Assembly (NCBI GenBank): GCA_963737635.1
Contig: CAVTTL010000001.1
Coordinates: 768,001-832,000 of the forward strand
Origin: an uncultured Methanoregulaceae archaeon
GTDB lineage: Archaea > Halobacteriota > Methanomicrobia > Methanomicrobiales > Methanospirillaceae
Length of the DNA: 64,000 nt
Reading direction: 5' to 3'
Part shown: piece by piece, positions 53,985 to 62,641 of the stretch
Numbering within the stretch: position 1 is the first letter of the stretch
Layout of the letters: every line of letters begins with the position of its first letter
Translations under genes and position numbers: made by a program
The notes under the pieces: model-generated
The model's database searches: none
Told to the model about the DNA's origin: nothing
What the model saw: the letters and a program-made list of their open reading frames with translations, nothing else

Positions 53985-55296
53985 ATGTATAAACTGGGCG
54001 CTCTAGCATGTCTCTTCGTCGCGGTACTCGTTGGGGCATGCGGGTGCTCCGGCACAAGTCCCGGAGCAAACCAGACACCCGGATCCACCCCTACGCTCCC
54101 GGCAAACTATGTCGCCGGGGAAAGTACACCCTCTCTGTCAAGTGCTACGATAGCACCTACACCAACGCCTCCGAATGCGACAGCAAATATCTACGGGGCA
54201 CAGGTCAATACGACGCTGACGGAAGTGACGATCGCCTGCACGGGGCAATCATGTACCTATGGCATAGCTTCCAATACGACGCCAACTACCATTATGCCCC
54301 CCCTAACCGCTATTGCAGCAAATATATCCATGATATATACCAGGCAAAATCCGCTGCTGGTTGGCGTCCAGTTCACCGATAGTTCGGTAAACACCCCCCC
54401 ATACTCATGGATGTGGAGCTGGAAGCCAAGCGCGAACCTGAGTTCCGAGAGCGATCCCAGTATCGTCCTTGTGTTCAGCCAGTACGGGACATATCAGGTT
54501 ACCCGTACTGTTTCAAACACACTGGGGACTTCAAGTTCTTCAACAGATATCTCGGTCTGCCCGCTTGTAGCATCGTTTACCACGAACCAAACGAGCGGCC
54601 CAGTACCCCTCACCGTCAGGTTTGCCGATACATCGACCGATCAACCTGTCTCCTGGTCATGGAACTTTGGTGACGGGAGGTACGTCCACGCTCCAGAACC
54701 CGGTGCACACCTACACGACTTCAGGGACGTATACCGTGAGGCTGGATGCAACAAATTCCCTCGGCTCCTGCTGGAACACCACCGGGATCTCGGTCTCCTC
54801 ACTCTCTGCATCGTTTAGCGCAAACCAGACGAGCGGTTTGGCGCCCCTTGCCGTCCAGTTTACTGACTCTTCGACCGACCAGCCTACTAAGTGGTCCTGG
54901 GACTTCGGCGACGGGAGTATATCCAGTCTCCAGAACCCGGCACATACCTACACATCAGCAGGAGTGTATACGGTAAATCTTAAAGCCACCAACGGGTTTG
55001 ATGGGTGGATAAGTGCCACGCCCGATACGATCACGGCCTATTCCCTTCCCACCGTGGACTTTAAGGCAAGCCCATTAACGGGGCCGTCGGGAACATCGGT
55101 ACTCTTTAATGACCAGAGCACCGGATTTCCTGCACCCACGTCATTTTACTGGGACTTTGGAGATGGTTTCACCAGTACCTACCAGAATCCATCGCACCAG
55201 TATGCCAGTTCCGGCGCGTATACAATCAGTCATTCCGCAACAAATTCGCAAGGGACCGTGTGGTTGAACAGAACAGGGTATATCTCCATATCATGA
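53985..55296 (+). CDS. PKD-repeat lipoprotein (four PKD-like domains), frameshift near ~54680
   Basis: ACGC lipobox, Thr/Pro linker, WSWNFGDG, WSWDFGDG, FYWDFGDG; the stop overlaps the ATPase start. Confidence 0.85.
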
Positions 55297-57428
55297 CTTC
55301 CAGACCATTAACCGGCAGGATTTCATCTCTTTTCGGCACTAAAGAGCCTGACGGGACTGATACCGCTACAGAGCAATCTCCATTGGTCCTGACCGAAGAA
55401 GAACCCGTATCCGGGGAGTACGAGGTCAAAAAATCCGCGATATCACACTATCCTGACGGCAGGCACCGGGTTTCGCGCGTCCAGAAATTCATCCTGTACT
55501 TTATTGAGCCGGAACTGGAACCGCAAACCGGCGCCAAACCGCCAGTGCCTGCCACCGAACGTACACAGAAAACTCCTGCACCTCCGATAAAAGACCGGAT
55601 CCGGTTACAGCTGGCGTCCTTGCGATCGTCTCTCCTGAAAATAACCCTGTTTTTTGTCGAACCCGGATATGATAACGTGGAGATCCTCACGTTACCTGCG
55701 CCGCTAAAAGAGACCCTTAAAACTCACCTCCTCAAGCCGGAACCTACAGATAATACAATCCAGGCAGTAGTTGTACCGTCTGCACCCCCTTCTTTTGTGC
55801 AGAAGATCCGATCGGTGTTTGCATCACCGGAACAGAAGGATATCCAGACGCTCGATTTTGATCCCGGTGTTTTAGCTGATCCTTCCCTCGAGGGATCGCT
55901 GCGGGATGTCAATATCACGTACCAGATCGATCCTCCCTACCAGTACGTCCATATCGAGTACAGCAAAAAAGACGGGGCCCTTACCTATGAGGTGGTAGAA
56001 CCACAACTCTCCGAAGATGAGAAAATCGCTCTTGATATTATCGAGCGGGCTTTTGAGAAACTGGTGAGTACCAATCTTGAGGTTATCGAGGGAGAACGGC
56101 GGAGTGAATATCTCCGGGAACGGTTTTACTCCCTGGTCAATATATTCGGGCTCAAACTGACGGAATACCAGAAAGAGCGGATGTTTTTCACGCTCAAACG
56201 ACAGTATCTGGGGTACAGCCGGATCGATACCCTGATGAAGGACAAATATATCGAAGATATCAGCTGCAACGGATCCGACATCCTCCTGTACGTCCAGCAT
56301 CGTATCTACGGGTCGATCCGGACCAATGTGAGGTTCGGTGAAGTCGAACTCAACAACTTTGTCCTGAAACTTGCGCAGGTCGGCGGCAGGCATATCTCAC
56401 TGCTCCAGCCTATCCGCGATGTCTCGCTCCCGGACGGGAGCCGTGGAAACCTTACGCTGGGCGGCGAGGTCACCAGAAAAGGTTCGACGTTTACCATCCG
56501 TAAATTCCGAGCCAACCCAATCTCACCCATCGAGATGATGGATTACCATTCGGTCGATGCAATGGAGCTCGCGTACCTGTGGATCCTGATGGAATACAAG
56601 CGGTCAATCCTTGTCTCCGGGGGAACAGCGACCGGTAAGACTACGTTCCTCAACGTCCTCTGCAGTTTCATCCCTCCGGAGTACAAGATTGTCTCCATCG
56701 AAGACACCGCAGAACTTAACCTGATGCATCCCAACTGGATCCAGTCCATCACCCGGGCAGGATTTGGCAGCTCCAGTGGGGGAGAGAATGTATCCGGGGT
56801 GAGCGGCGTGTCCTCGAAAAGCCCGGGGGATATATCGCTCTACGATCTGCTTGTCGCAGCGCTGCGACAGCGACCTGAGTTCATCATCGTGGGTGAAGTG
56901 CGGGGCAGTGAAGCGTTTACCCTCTTCCAGGCAATTGCCGTCGGGCACGCAGCCCTTGGCACCATCCACGCCGGCTCCATGGACGAACTTCTTGCCCGTG
57001 TAGAGTCAAACCCCATGAACGTTCCCAGAAGCCTCTTTTCCAACCTCGATGTGGTACTCTTCCCTATGCATATCAAGAAAGGCGAGCGCAGCATGCGCCG
57101 GCTGGCAAATATCGTCGAAATGCTGGAGTCTGACCGGGACACGGGGGACCTTATCACCAATACCGTCTTCAAATGGGCCCCTGACATCGATGAGTTCCAG
57201 TTCCAGGGCCGCAGCTTCCTTTTTGACAAGATCCGGGACACCCACGGGGTAAATAAGGATATTCTCAACCAGGAACTCAAGGACCGGACGGCATTCCTTC
57301 TCGGCCTGCAGAGGGCAGGCGTACGGGAATACAACGCGGTGACCGAACAGATCCGGGCGTATTACCGGGACAAACCGGCGGTCATGAAGCAGATCCTTGC
57401 GGTTCAGGCAGAAGGACTAGAAGCGTAA
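55293..57428 (+). CDS. pilB: Type II/IV secretion ATPase (archaeal PilB/ArlI-like) with long N-terminal extension
   Basis: IEDISCNG, FTIRKF, GGTATGKTT, IEDTAEL, RQRPEFIIVGEVRG, GH...TIHA. Confidence 0.92.
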   Translation: MTSRPLTGRISSLFGTKEPDGTDTATEQSPLVLTEEEPVSGEYEVKKSAISHYPDGRHRVSRVQKFILYFIEPELEPQTGAKPPVPATERTQKTPAPPIKDRIRLQLASLRSSLLKITLFFVEPGYDNVEILTLPAPLKETLKTHLLKPEPTDNTIQAVVVPSAPPSFVQKIRSVFASPEQKDIQTLDFDPGVLADPSLEGSLRDVNITYQIDPPYQYVHIEYSKKDGALTYEVVEPQLSEDEKIALDIIERAFEKLVSTNLEVIEGERRSEYLRERFYSLVNIFGLKLTEYQKERMFFTLKRQYLGYSRIDTLMKDKYIEDISCNGSDILLYVQHRIYGSIRTNVRFGEVELNNFVLKLAQVGGRHISLLQPIRDVSLPDGSRGNLTLGGEVTRKGSTFTIRKFRANPISPIEMMDYHSVDAMELAYLWILMEYKRSILVSGGTATGKTTFLNVLCSFIPPEYKIVSIEDTAELNLMHPNWIQSITRAGFGSSSGGENVSGVSGVSSKSPGDISLYDLLVAALRQRPEFIIVGEVRGSEAFTLFQAIAVGHAALGTIHAGSMDELLARVESNPMNVPRSLFSNLDVVLFPMHIKKGERSMRRLANIVEMLESDRDTGDLITNTVFKWAPDIDEFQFQGRSFLFDKIRDTHGVNKDILNQELKDRTAFLLGLQRAGVREYNAVTEQIRAYYRDKPAVMKQILAVQAEGLEA

Positions 57429-57501
57429 CGGGAAGTTCTTTCCAATCGTCTCTGAGATCACCTGTGCCAGCTCAGTCACGATTTCGGGGCAAATCAGGAG
57501 G

Positions 57502-58725
57502 TTATCTGCAGATATTGTTTGCAAAAGACCTGCTTCTCGTGAGTTGCCCGGAACTTATGGTTGCCGTCCCGTTACCACAGATCAGATAGGTAACATTTCC
57601 AAAGGCATCCGTTTGGCCATTGGAATTTGAAGGAACCAGTGTCCATGTGAAAGGTAAGTTATCTGCGTATTGATTGATGCTATAGGATACTGGTTGATCC
57701 GTTAGGGGAGTATTGCTTATGGCAGTTATGGTCACATTTAATTGATTGCCGGTCTGGTTCCAATCCAGATTAATGGACGATGGCGGGACAAACTGTTGAT
57801 CTTTTGGGATGAGTTGATAAGGAGAGGTTGCAACCATCCCATTGCTGTCGGTTACCGTCAAGTTGGCACAGAAGGGCCCACTTATAAATGGGGAGAAATG
57901 AGCTATTTCATTGCTGAAATAGGGAGGAACACTTACCGTACTTAGATCATTGACATCCGAACAGTTCCCGATTGGATCAATCTGACCGTTTGTCATAGTG
58001 TAGGTAGCATTCATGAGTGTCCATTTCCAGCTGACAATGGTCGCATTTCCTGATGAGGACTGTGACCCGTCCAGCACTATATTATCCCGCGGAACTGAGC
58101 CAAGCGTTGTTGTTTCAGTGTTATAGACAATCACAGGGGTCGGTAATTTGTAGGTCTGCTCAAAAATGTTCGTGAGCGAAGTTAAGACCTTGATATCAAT
58201 CTGGTCGCCGGTTCCAATAGGAGGTGCCGCGGGGGTCAGATCGATCGTGATTTTTGTACTTTTCCCTGCCGGAATTGCAAATTGTGACGAATTGACATAA
58301 GAACCAAGTGATGAGGAAGAATTACACCATCCTCCAGGTGATCCCAAGGCACTGCAATTCCCTGAAGAATAGGAGCCCGATAACGAAGAAAATGAAAAAG
58401 GAAGCAGATACTGGTTATTAATGGCGATGCCTACGATATTGGTATCCTGAGTGTTGAGATTCATCAGATCGAACGAGATGGAACTCCAGTTTTGTGGCGG
58501 GACGCCTATCTGGTTCCAGTAACTTTCATTATTGGTCAGACTCACCCCGGAGATCACAATATCCTCGTCATGGACTGCCTGCATCTGTGATTGCCGGGTC
58601 ATCTCGGCTTTCTGCATCTGCGAAACCATGAGCGCAAGAGCGGCTGCGGCGGTCACAGTTATCAGGATGAGAAGAAGGGTTCCGATAATAACAGAAACAC
58701 CCTTATCGTCACGCGGCCGGGTCAT
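57502..58725 (-). CDS. Minor pilin / archaellin-like protein with PKD-like and Ig-like domains
   Basis: DKG/VSVIIGTLLLILITVTAAAAL; LDGSQS...IVSWKW...LTVTDSNG; TDAFGNVT. Confidence 0.85.
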   Translation of the reverse strand: MTRPRDDKGVSVIIGTLLLILITVTAAAALALMVSQMQKAEMTRQSQMQAVHDEDIVISGVSLTNNESYWNQIGVPPQNWSSISFDLMNLNTQDTNIVGIAINNQYLLPFSFSSLSGSYSSGNCSALGSPGGWCNSSSSLGSYVNSSQFAIPAGKSTKITIDLTPAAPPIGTGDQIDIKVLTSLTNIFEQTYKLPTPVIVYNTETTTLGSVPRDNIVLDGSQSSSGNATIVSWKWTLMNATYTMTNGQIDPIGNCSDVNDLSTVSVPPYFSNEIAHFSPFISGPFCANLTVTDSNGMVATSPYQLIPKDQQFVPPSSINLDWNQTGNQLNVTITAISNTPLTDQPVSYSINQYADNLPFTWTLVPSNSNGQTDAFGNVTYLICGNGTATISSGQLTRSRSFANNICR

Positions 58726-58950
58726 AGGAATATCATCACGATATGCGTCATACCGGGATAAATTACTTGCCTATTTATTATATATATATACATATCATCC
58801 ATTACGATCTCTATATTTATTTCATTTTCCTGCTTCCACCACCTCCGTCGGAAAAGTGCAAAAATCGGCAAATATGACCCCCGATTGAGATTAAATCCGA
58901 AATTATTGCTTGTTTTTTTAGTTACGTTAATAAAAAATATTAAATATTAC

Positions 58951-58972
58951 CTGTATATAATATAATATACAG
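58951..58972. promoter_or_regulatory. 8-bp inverted repeat CTGTATAT-N6-ATATACAG in a promoter region
   Basis: Seen directly, upstream of 59011; function unknown. Confidence 0.3.
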
Positions 58973-59010
58973 TTGGACATCCTGTACATGTATCCCGGGG
59001 AAAAACGACC

Positions 59011-59214
59011 ATGGTCCGGATCAAAAAGAACAAGCCGAAGATCTCTGCCGACGTGAAGGCTTTTCGTACGGTACGGCGCTTAAATATAAACCGGACTTAT
59101 ACGCCCCTGAAGATCGGTGTCGTGGCCGGGTACATCCTGCTCGGGATGATTTCGGCATCCTCCTCTATGTTCGGGATCATCGTGGGTACGCTGGCCCGGT
59201 TGGCCGGCTTTTAA
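59011..59214 (+). CDS. Small basic single-TM protein
   Basis: Basic N-terminus with a hydrophobic C-terminus. Confidence 0.5.
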   Translation: MVRIKKNKPKISADVKAFRTVRRLNINRTYTPLKIGVVAGYILLGMISASSSMFGIIVGTLARLAGF

Positions 59215-59312
59215 CGAAAGCCTCTTTTTTGCCAGTATTCTACGTTTTTGGCACAATGCCCGCGACGGATCTACTTGTAGGTACCCACTCTGGGACCCAC
59301 GGAAAAAGGGCG

Positions 59313-59732
59313 CTACCCGGTAACCACGACGGAGCCCTGCATCTCCGGGTAGATACTGCTGGAGTAGTTGTAGACACCGGGATTGGTAAATTTCACGGCG
59401 CAGGACTGGCTGGGTGATAGTATATACGTACTGATCTTCGTGCTTGGGGAAAACATGACCGAATTCGTAACTGTACCCTCGTTGACCCAGCGCACGATCG
59501 AACCGGCGCTCACCGTGATTTGTGCCGGGACAAATGACATCTTCTCGATCAAAATCGTGTTGGCGTTGACTGGTGCCTCGGTGGTTGCCGAGGGTGTGGG
59601 GACGATAGTAACAACGAGCGCCAGTGTCGGGGTTGCCGCCGCAGGCTGCTCCTGCAGCTGCGGGGGTTGGGTGCAGCCTGCCACGAGCAGGAGGGCAATG
59701 ACTGCGGTGCAAAGAAAAAGCAGGTGTTTCAT
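59313..59732 (-). CDS. Cupredoxin (amicyanin/plastocyanin-like) fold lipoprotein lacking Cu ligands
   Basis: VAGC lipobox; FVPAQITVSAGSIVRWVN...FTNPGVYNYSSSIYPEMQGSVVV. Confidence 0.8.
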   Translation of the reverse strand: MKHLLFLCTAVIALLLVAGCTQPPQLQEQPAAATPTLALVVTIVPTPSATTEAPVNANTILIEKMSFVPAQITVSAGSIVRWVNEGTVTNSVMFSPSTKISTYILSPSQSCAVKFTNPGVYNYSSSIYPEMQGSVVVTG

Positions 59733-59829
59733 GAAAGTCTCTTATCGCTTGTAGGTCTCATGATAATTTGCAATTATGAATCCTTAAAGCTGATCCGGGA
59801 TGAGGGTACGCACCGTCAAGGATGAGAGG

Positions 59830-62004
59830 TCACTTTCCGGAATGAGCAGCGGGATCCTGATCCGCATCCGGCAGAACGGTAACCGGTATGTGTGCAAGGG
59901 TCCGGATTACATCCCTGATGGGGTAATAATCGGTAAGCACCATCTCCCGGAATGCCCAATCCGGGAGCATTCCTGCAAATTTCCAGGGATCCGGGGCGGG
60001 AAGAGGAAGGTAATCAGAAATCGTATCCTGATATAGACCCGGGATCGACCGGAAGGCAGCTTCAACCCGTACGGCAGCCCCGGTCTTTCCGGCCCGCAAG
60101 ACCCGGACCCGTTCATCGTCATACCTGACCTGGACCCGGCCGAGCGCCCCCTTGAGAAGAAACGCCAGCACCTGATTGAACCGGGCACCAAAAAAGGAAT
60201 ATACGACTACCTCCCTGCCGCCATTTCCCTTTTCCTCGCGGATAAAGATCCCCTGTTCTTGGATACCGGTCGGCAGGGCGCCGATCGCCTTGTTAAGTGT
60301 GTCCGTATCACCGGGACCAAGAGGGAGGGTTGTCCTCCCTCGGGCGACGATTCGCTGGACGGCACTGCAGATCACCGGGGAAAACGCAGCCTCTCCACCT
60401 GCCGACCAGAAGACCCGGGATGTGCCCGTTGTGTTCCCGCCTGGTACCACCACGACAAGATTATGGCTCTCATCGCATTTGACTACCGACCAGGTTGCCC
60501 CCCCCAGAGTGAATGCCCCCGGTTCCATACGGTTCGCAAACCGGGCATCGACGCTGCCCACGATCTCTCCGTCCGGCGTCACCGCCCGGGTCCTCGCCTC
60601 CCCCCGGAATCACCGAGTACAGGTCCCGGTAATTTGATCGCCCCAGGACCCGTTCGGCCTCTGGCCCAAGCGTCAGCATCTCGCCGTCAGCAGAAAGATA
60701 CCCCGATGAGAGCAGGTGGGTAAGGATCTGGTGCAGATCATCAGCGGAAAAGCAGGCAAATGCAAAGAATGAAAGAAGATCGCGCACGATGGTGCCCCGG
60801 CGCCCGGGATGCGGAAAGGACATAAAGGAAGATCTGCTGGACGAGCACGTTCCAGGGTTTTTCCAGTGGCTGGAGGAGTTCTGTTCTCCGTTCTTTCGCA
60901 CATTCGATCACAGCGCAGCTGGTGAGAAGGTCTCTTGGATCAGAAAGGAGCCACGCAACAAACGCGGCCTGGTCACGCCGGCCGCTCCGGCCCATCCTCT
61001 GCAAAAACGAGGAGACTGAGTGTGGCGGACTCACCTGCACGACAATATCAAGATTCCCGATATCGATGCCGAGCTCGAGGGTGCTTGTGCAGATGATGCA
61101 TGCCCCCTGGCTTTCATGGAACGCCTCCTCTGCCTCTTTTTTTTGGGCAGGCGCAAGCGATGAGTGATGGATGTGCAGGTTTTTTATCCGGCCGGCTGCC
61201 TCCTGGAGGATCTGCTCCGCAGTGCTGCGGCTGTTGACAAAGACAAGCGCCTTTTTACCGGAAACAAGCTTGGCAAGGGCATCGATCCTGCGGGGCGGAT
61301 CGGGTTCAATCACAAACCGGAACTTTTTTTCCGTAGCTGGTACCGGGACAGTAACGAGCCGGTGGCTGCGACGCCCCCCTGAGAACCACGTGAGGATCTC
61401 ATCAGGGTTTCCGACTGTGGCCGAAAGCCCGATACGCTGCACCGGGGCCGCTGCGATCCGGTCGAGCCGGTCAAGCAGGATCCTGAGGTGCACACCCCGC
61501 TCCGATTCCACAAACGCGTGCAGTTCGTCAACGATAACGTACCGCAGGTTTGCAAGAGCGGCGGCAGGTCCCTGTTCGTGCAGGATAACCTCAAGCGATT
61601 CCGGGGTGATCAGCAGGAACTGCGGCGCGTCGTCCGGGTCCCACCCGCGGTCGCCTTTGGGAACATCGCCATGCCATTTGGAAAGGGAAAGACCGGTGGG
61701 CCGGCAGAATGTGGCAATCCGTTCCTCCTGGTCGTTTATGAGCGCCTTTAAAGGCGATAGGTAGAGGCAGGCGACCCCTTTAGTGCCGGATTTCAGGATA
61801 TCATCGATAACCGGTATGAAGGCAGCCTCAGATTTTCCCCCGGCGGTCGGTGCGATGACGAGCACGTCGTTCCCCCCGTGGATTGCCTCGTATGCCTGCT
61901 CCTGAACCTCACGGAGCTCGCACCAGCCCAGTCGATCAGATAGAACGGCTTGGAGGGACTCGTGCAGGGTAGAGAATACTGATGGCCTGTTCGTAGTACT
62001 CCAT
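59830..62004 (-). CDS. lhr: Lhr-like DEAD/DEAH-box helicase, several frameshifts
   Basis: APTAGGKS, SPLKALIND, TPESL, DELH, LSAT, STLELGIDIG, QRMGRSGR; three colinear ORFs; start approximate. Confidence 0.88.
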
Positions 62005-62183
62005 TGTGCAGGACGTATTATGGTCTTTGCGGACAGCCGGCCCGCCGTATGAGGGATACAAGGAAGGAGGCGCACAGGAAACAGGTTCCCGGGAGAATGT
62101 ATTTTCCCGGCGGAAATGCCTCGTATGCCCGGATTTATTTTTGTGAGAGAAACTTTTTTTGGTCGCAGGGCGGACACATATTC

Positions 62184-62516
62184 ATGGAACTCACGGAAAA
62201 AAAATGCTCAACCTATAAGCCCGGCTCGCCGCCTATCACACGAAAGGATACCATTGAACTTTTAAAGGAAGTGCCGGGCTGGTCGCTTGAAAACGGCCAC
62301 CTGATACGCATGTTCACCTTCGATAATGCCGATGATGCCATTGAATTCTTAAACACTGTGCTGACGATGTCCACGGAAGAGGGCCACATCCCCGACCTTG
62401 CCATGAAGGAGGGCAGGTTCATCGAAGTGGGCTTCTATACGTACCCCGCTGGTGGGCTTACTCTTAATAATTTCATCATGGCTGCAAAGATCAACGAGCG
62501 GCAGAATAACGACTAA
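62184..62516 (+). CDS. Pterin-4a-carbinolamine dehydratase-like protein
   Basis: PGW...FTF...EEGHIPD...AGGLTLNNFIMAAKI. Confidence 0.8.
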   Translation: MELTEKKCSTYKPGSPPITRKDTIELLKEVPGWSLENGHLIRMFTFDNADDAIEFLNTVLTMSTEEGHIPDLAMKEGRFIEVGFYTYPAGGLTLNNFIMAAKINERQNND

Positions 62517-62641
62517 AACAATCAAAACGGGCAACCTTTTTTCCCGGGTAGGCACCCGCACCTCGAGGGATTCCCGGCAGGGTAAATATAAATCGGTTTT
62601 TTTGGCGTATTGGATCCCAATCCGGAAAAAAAGTCAGAAAA

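Noticed and set aside
32509-58725. Archaellum (motility) operon
   Set aside because: No ArlB cluster, ArlF/G or che genes; two separate TadB/C-like genes rather than one ArlJ.
26078-58800. Genomic island integrated at tRNA-Ser
   Set aside because: No integrase or recombinase and no duplicated tRNA 3' end seen; most genes have host-like composition.
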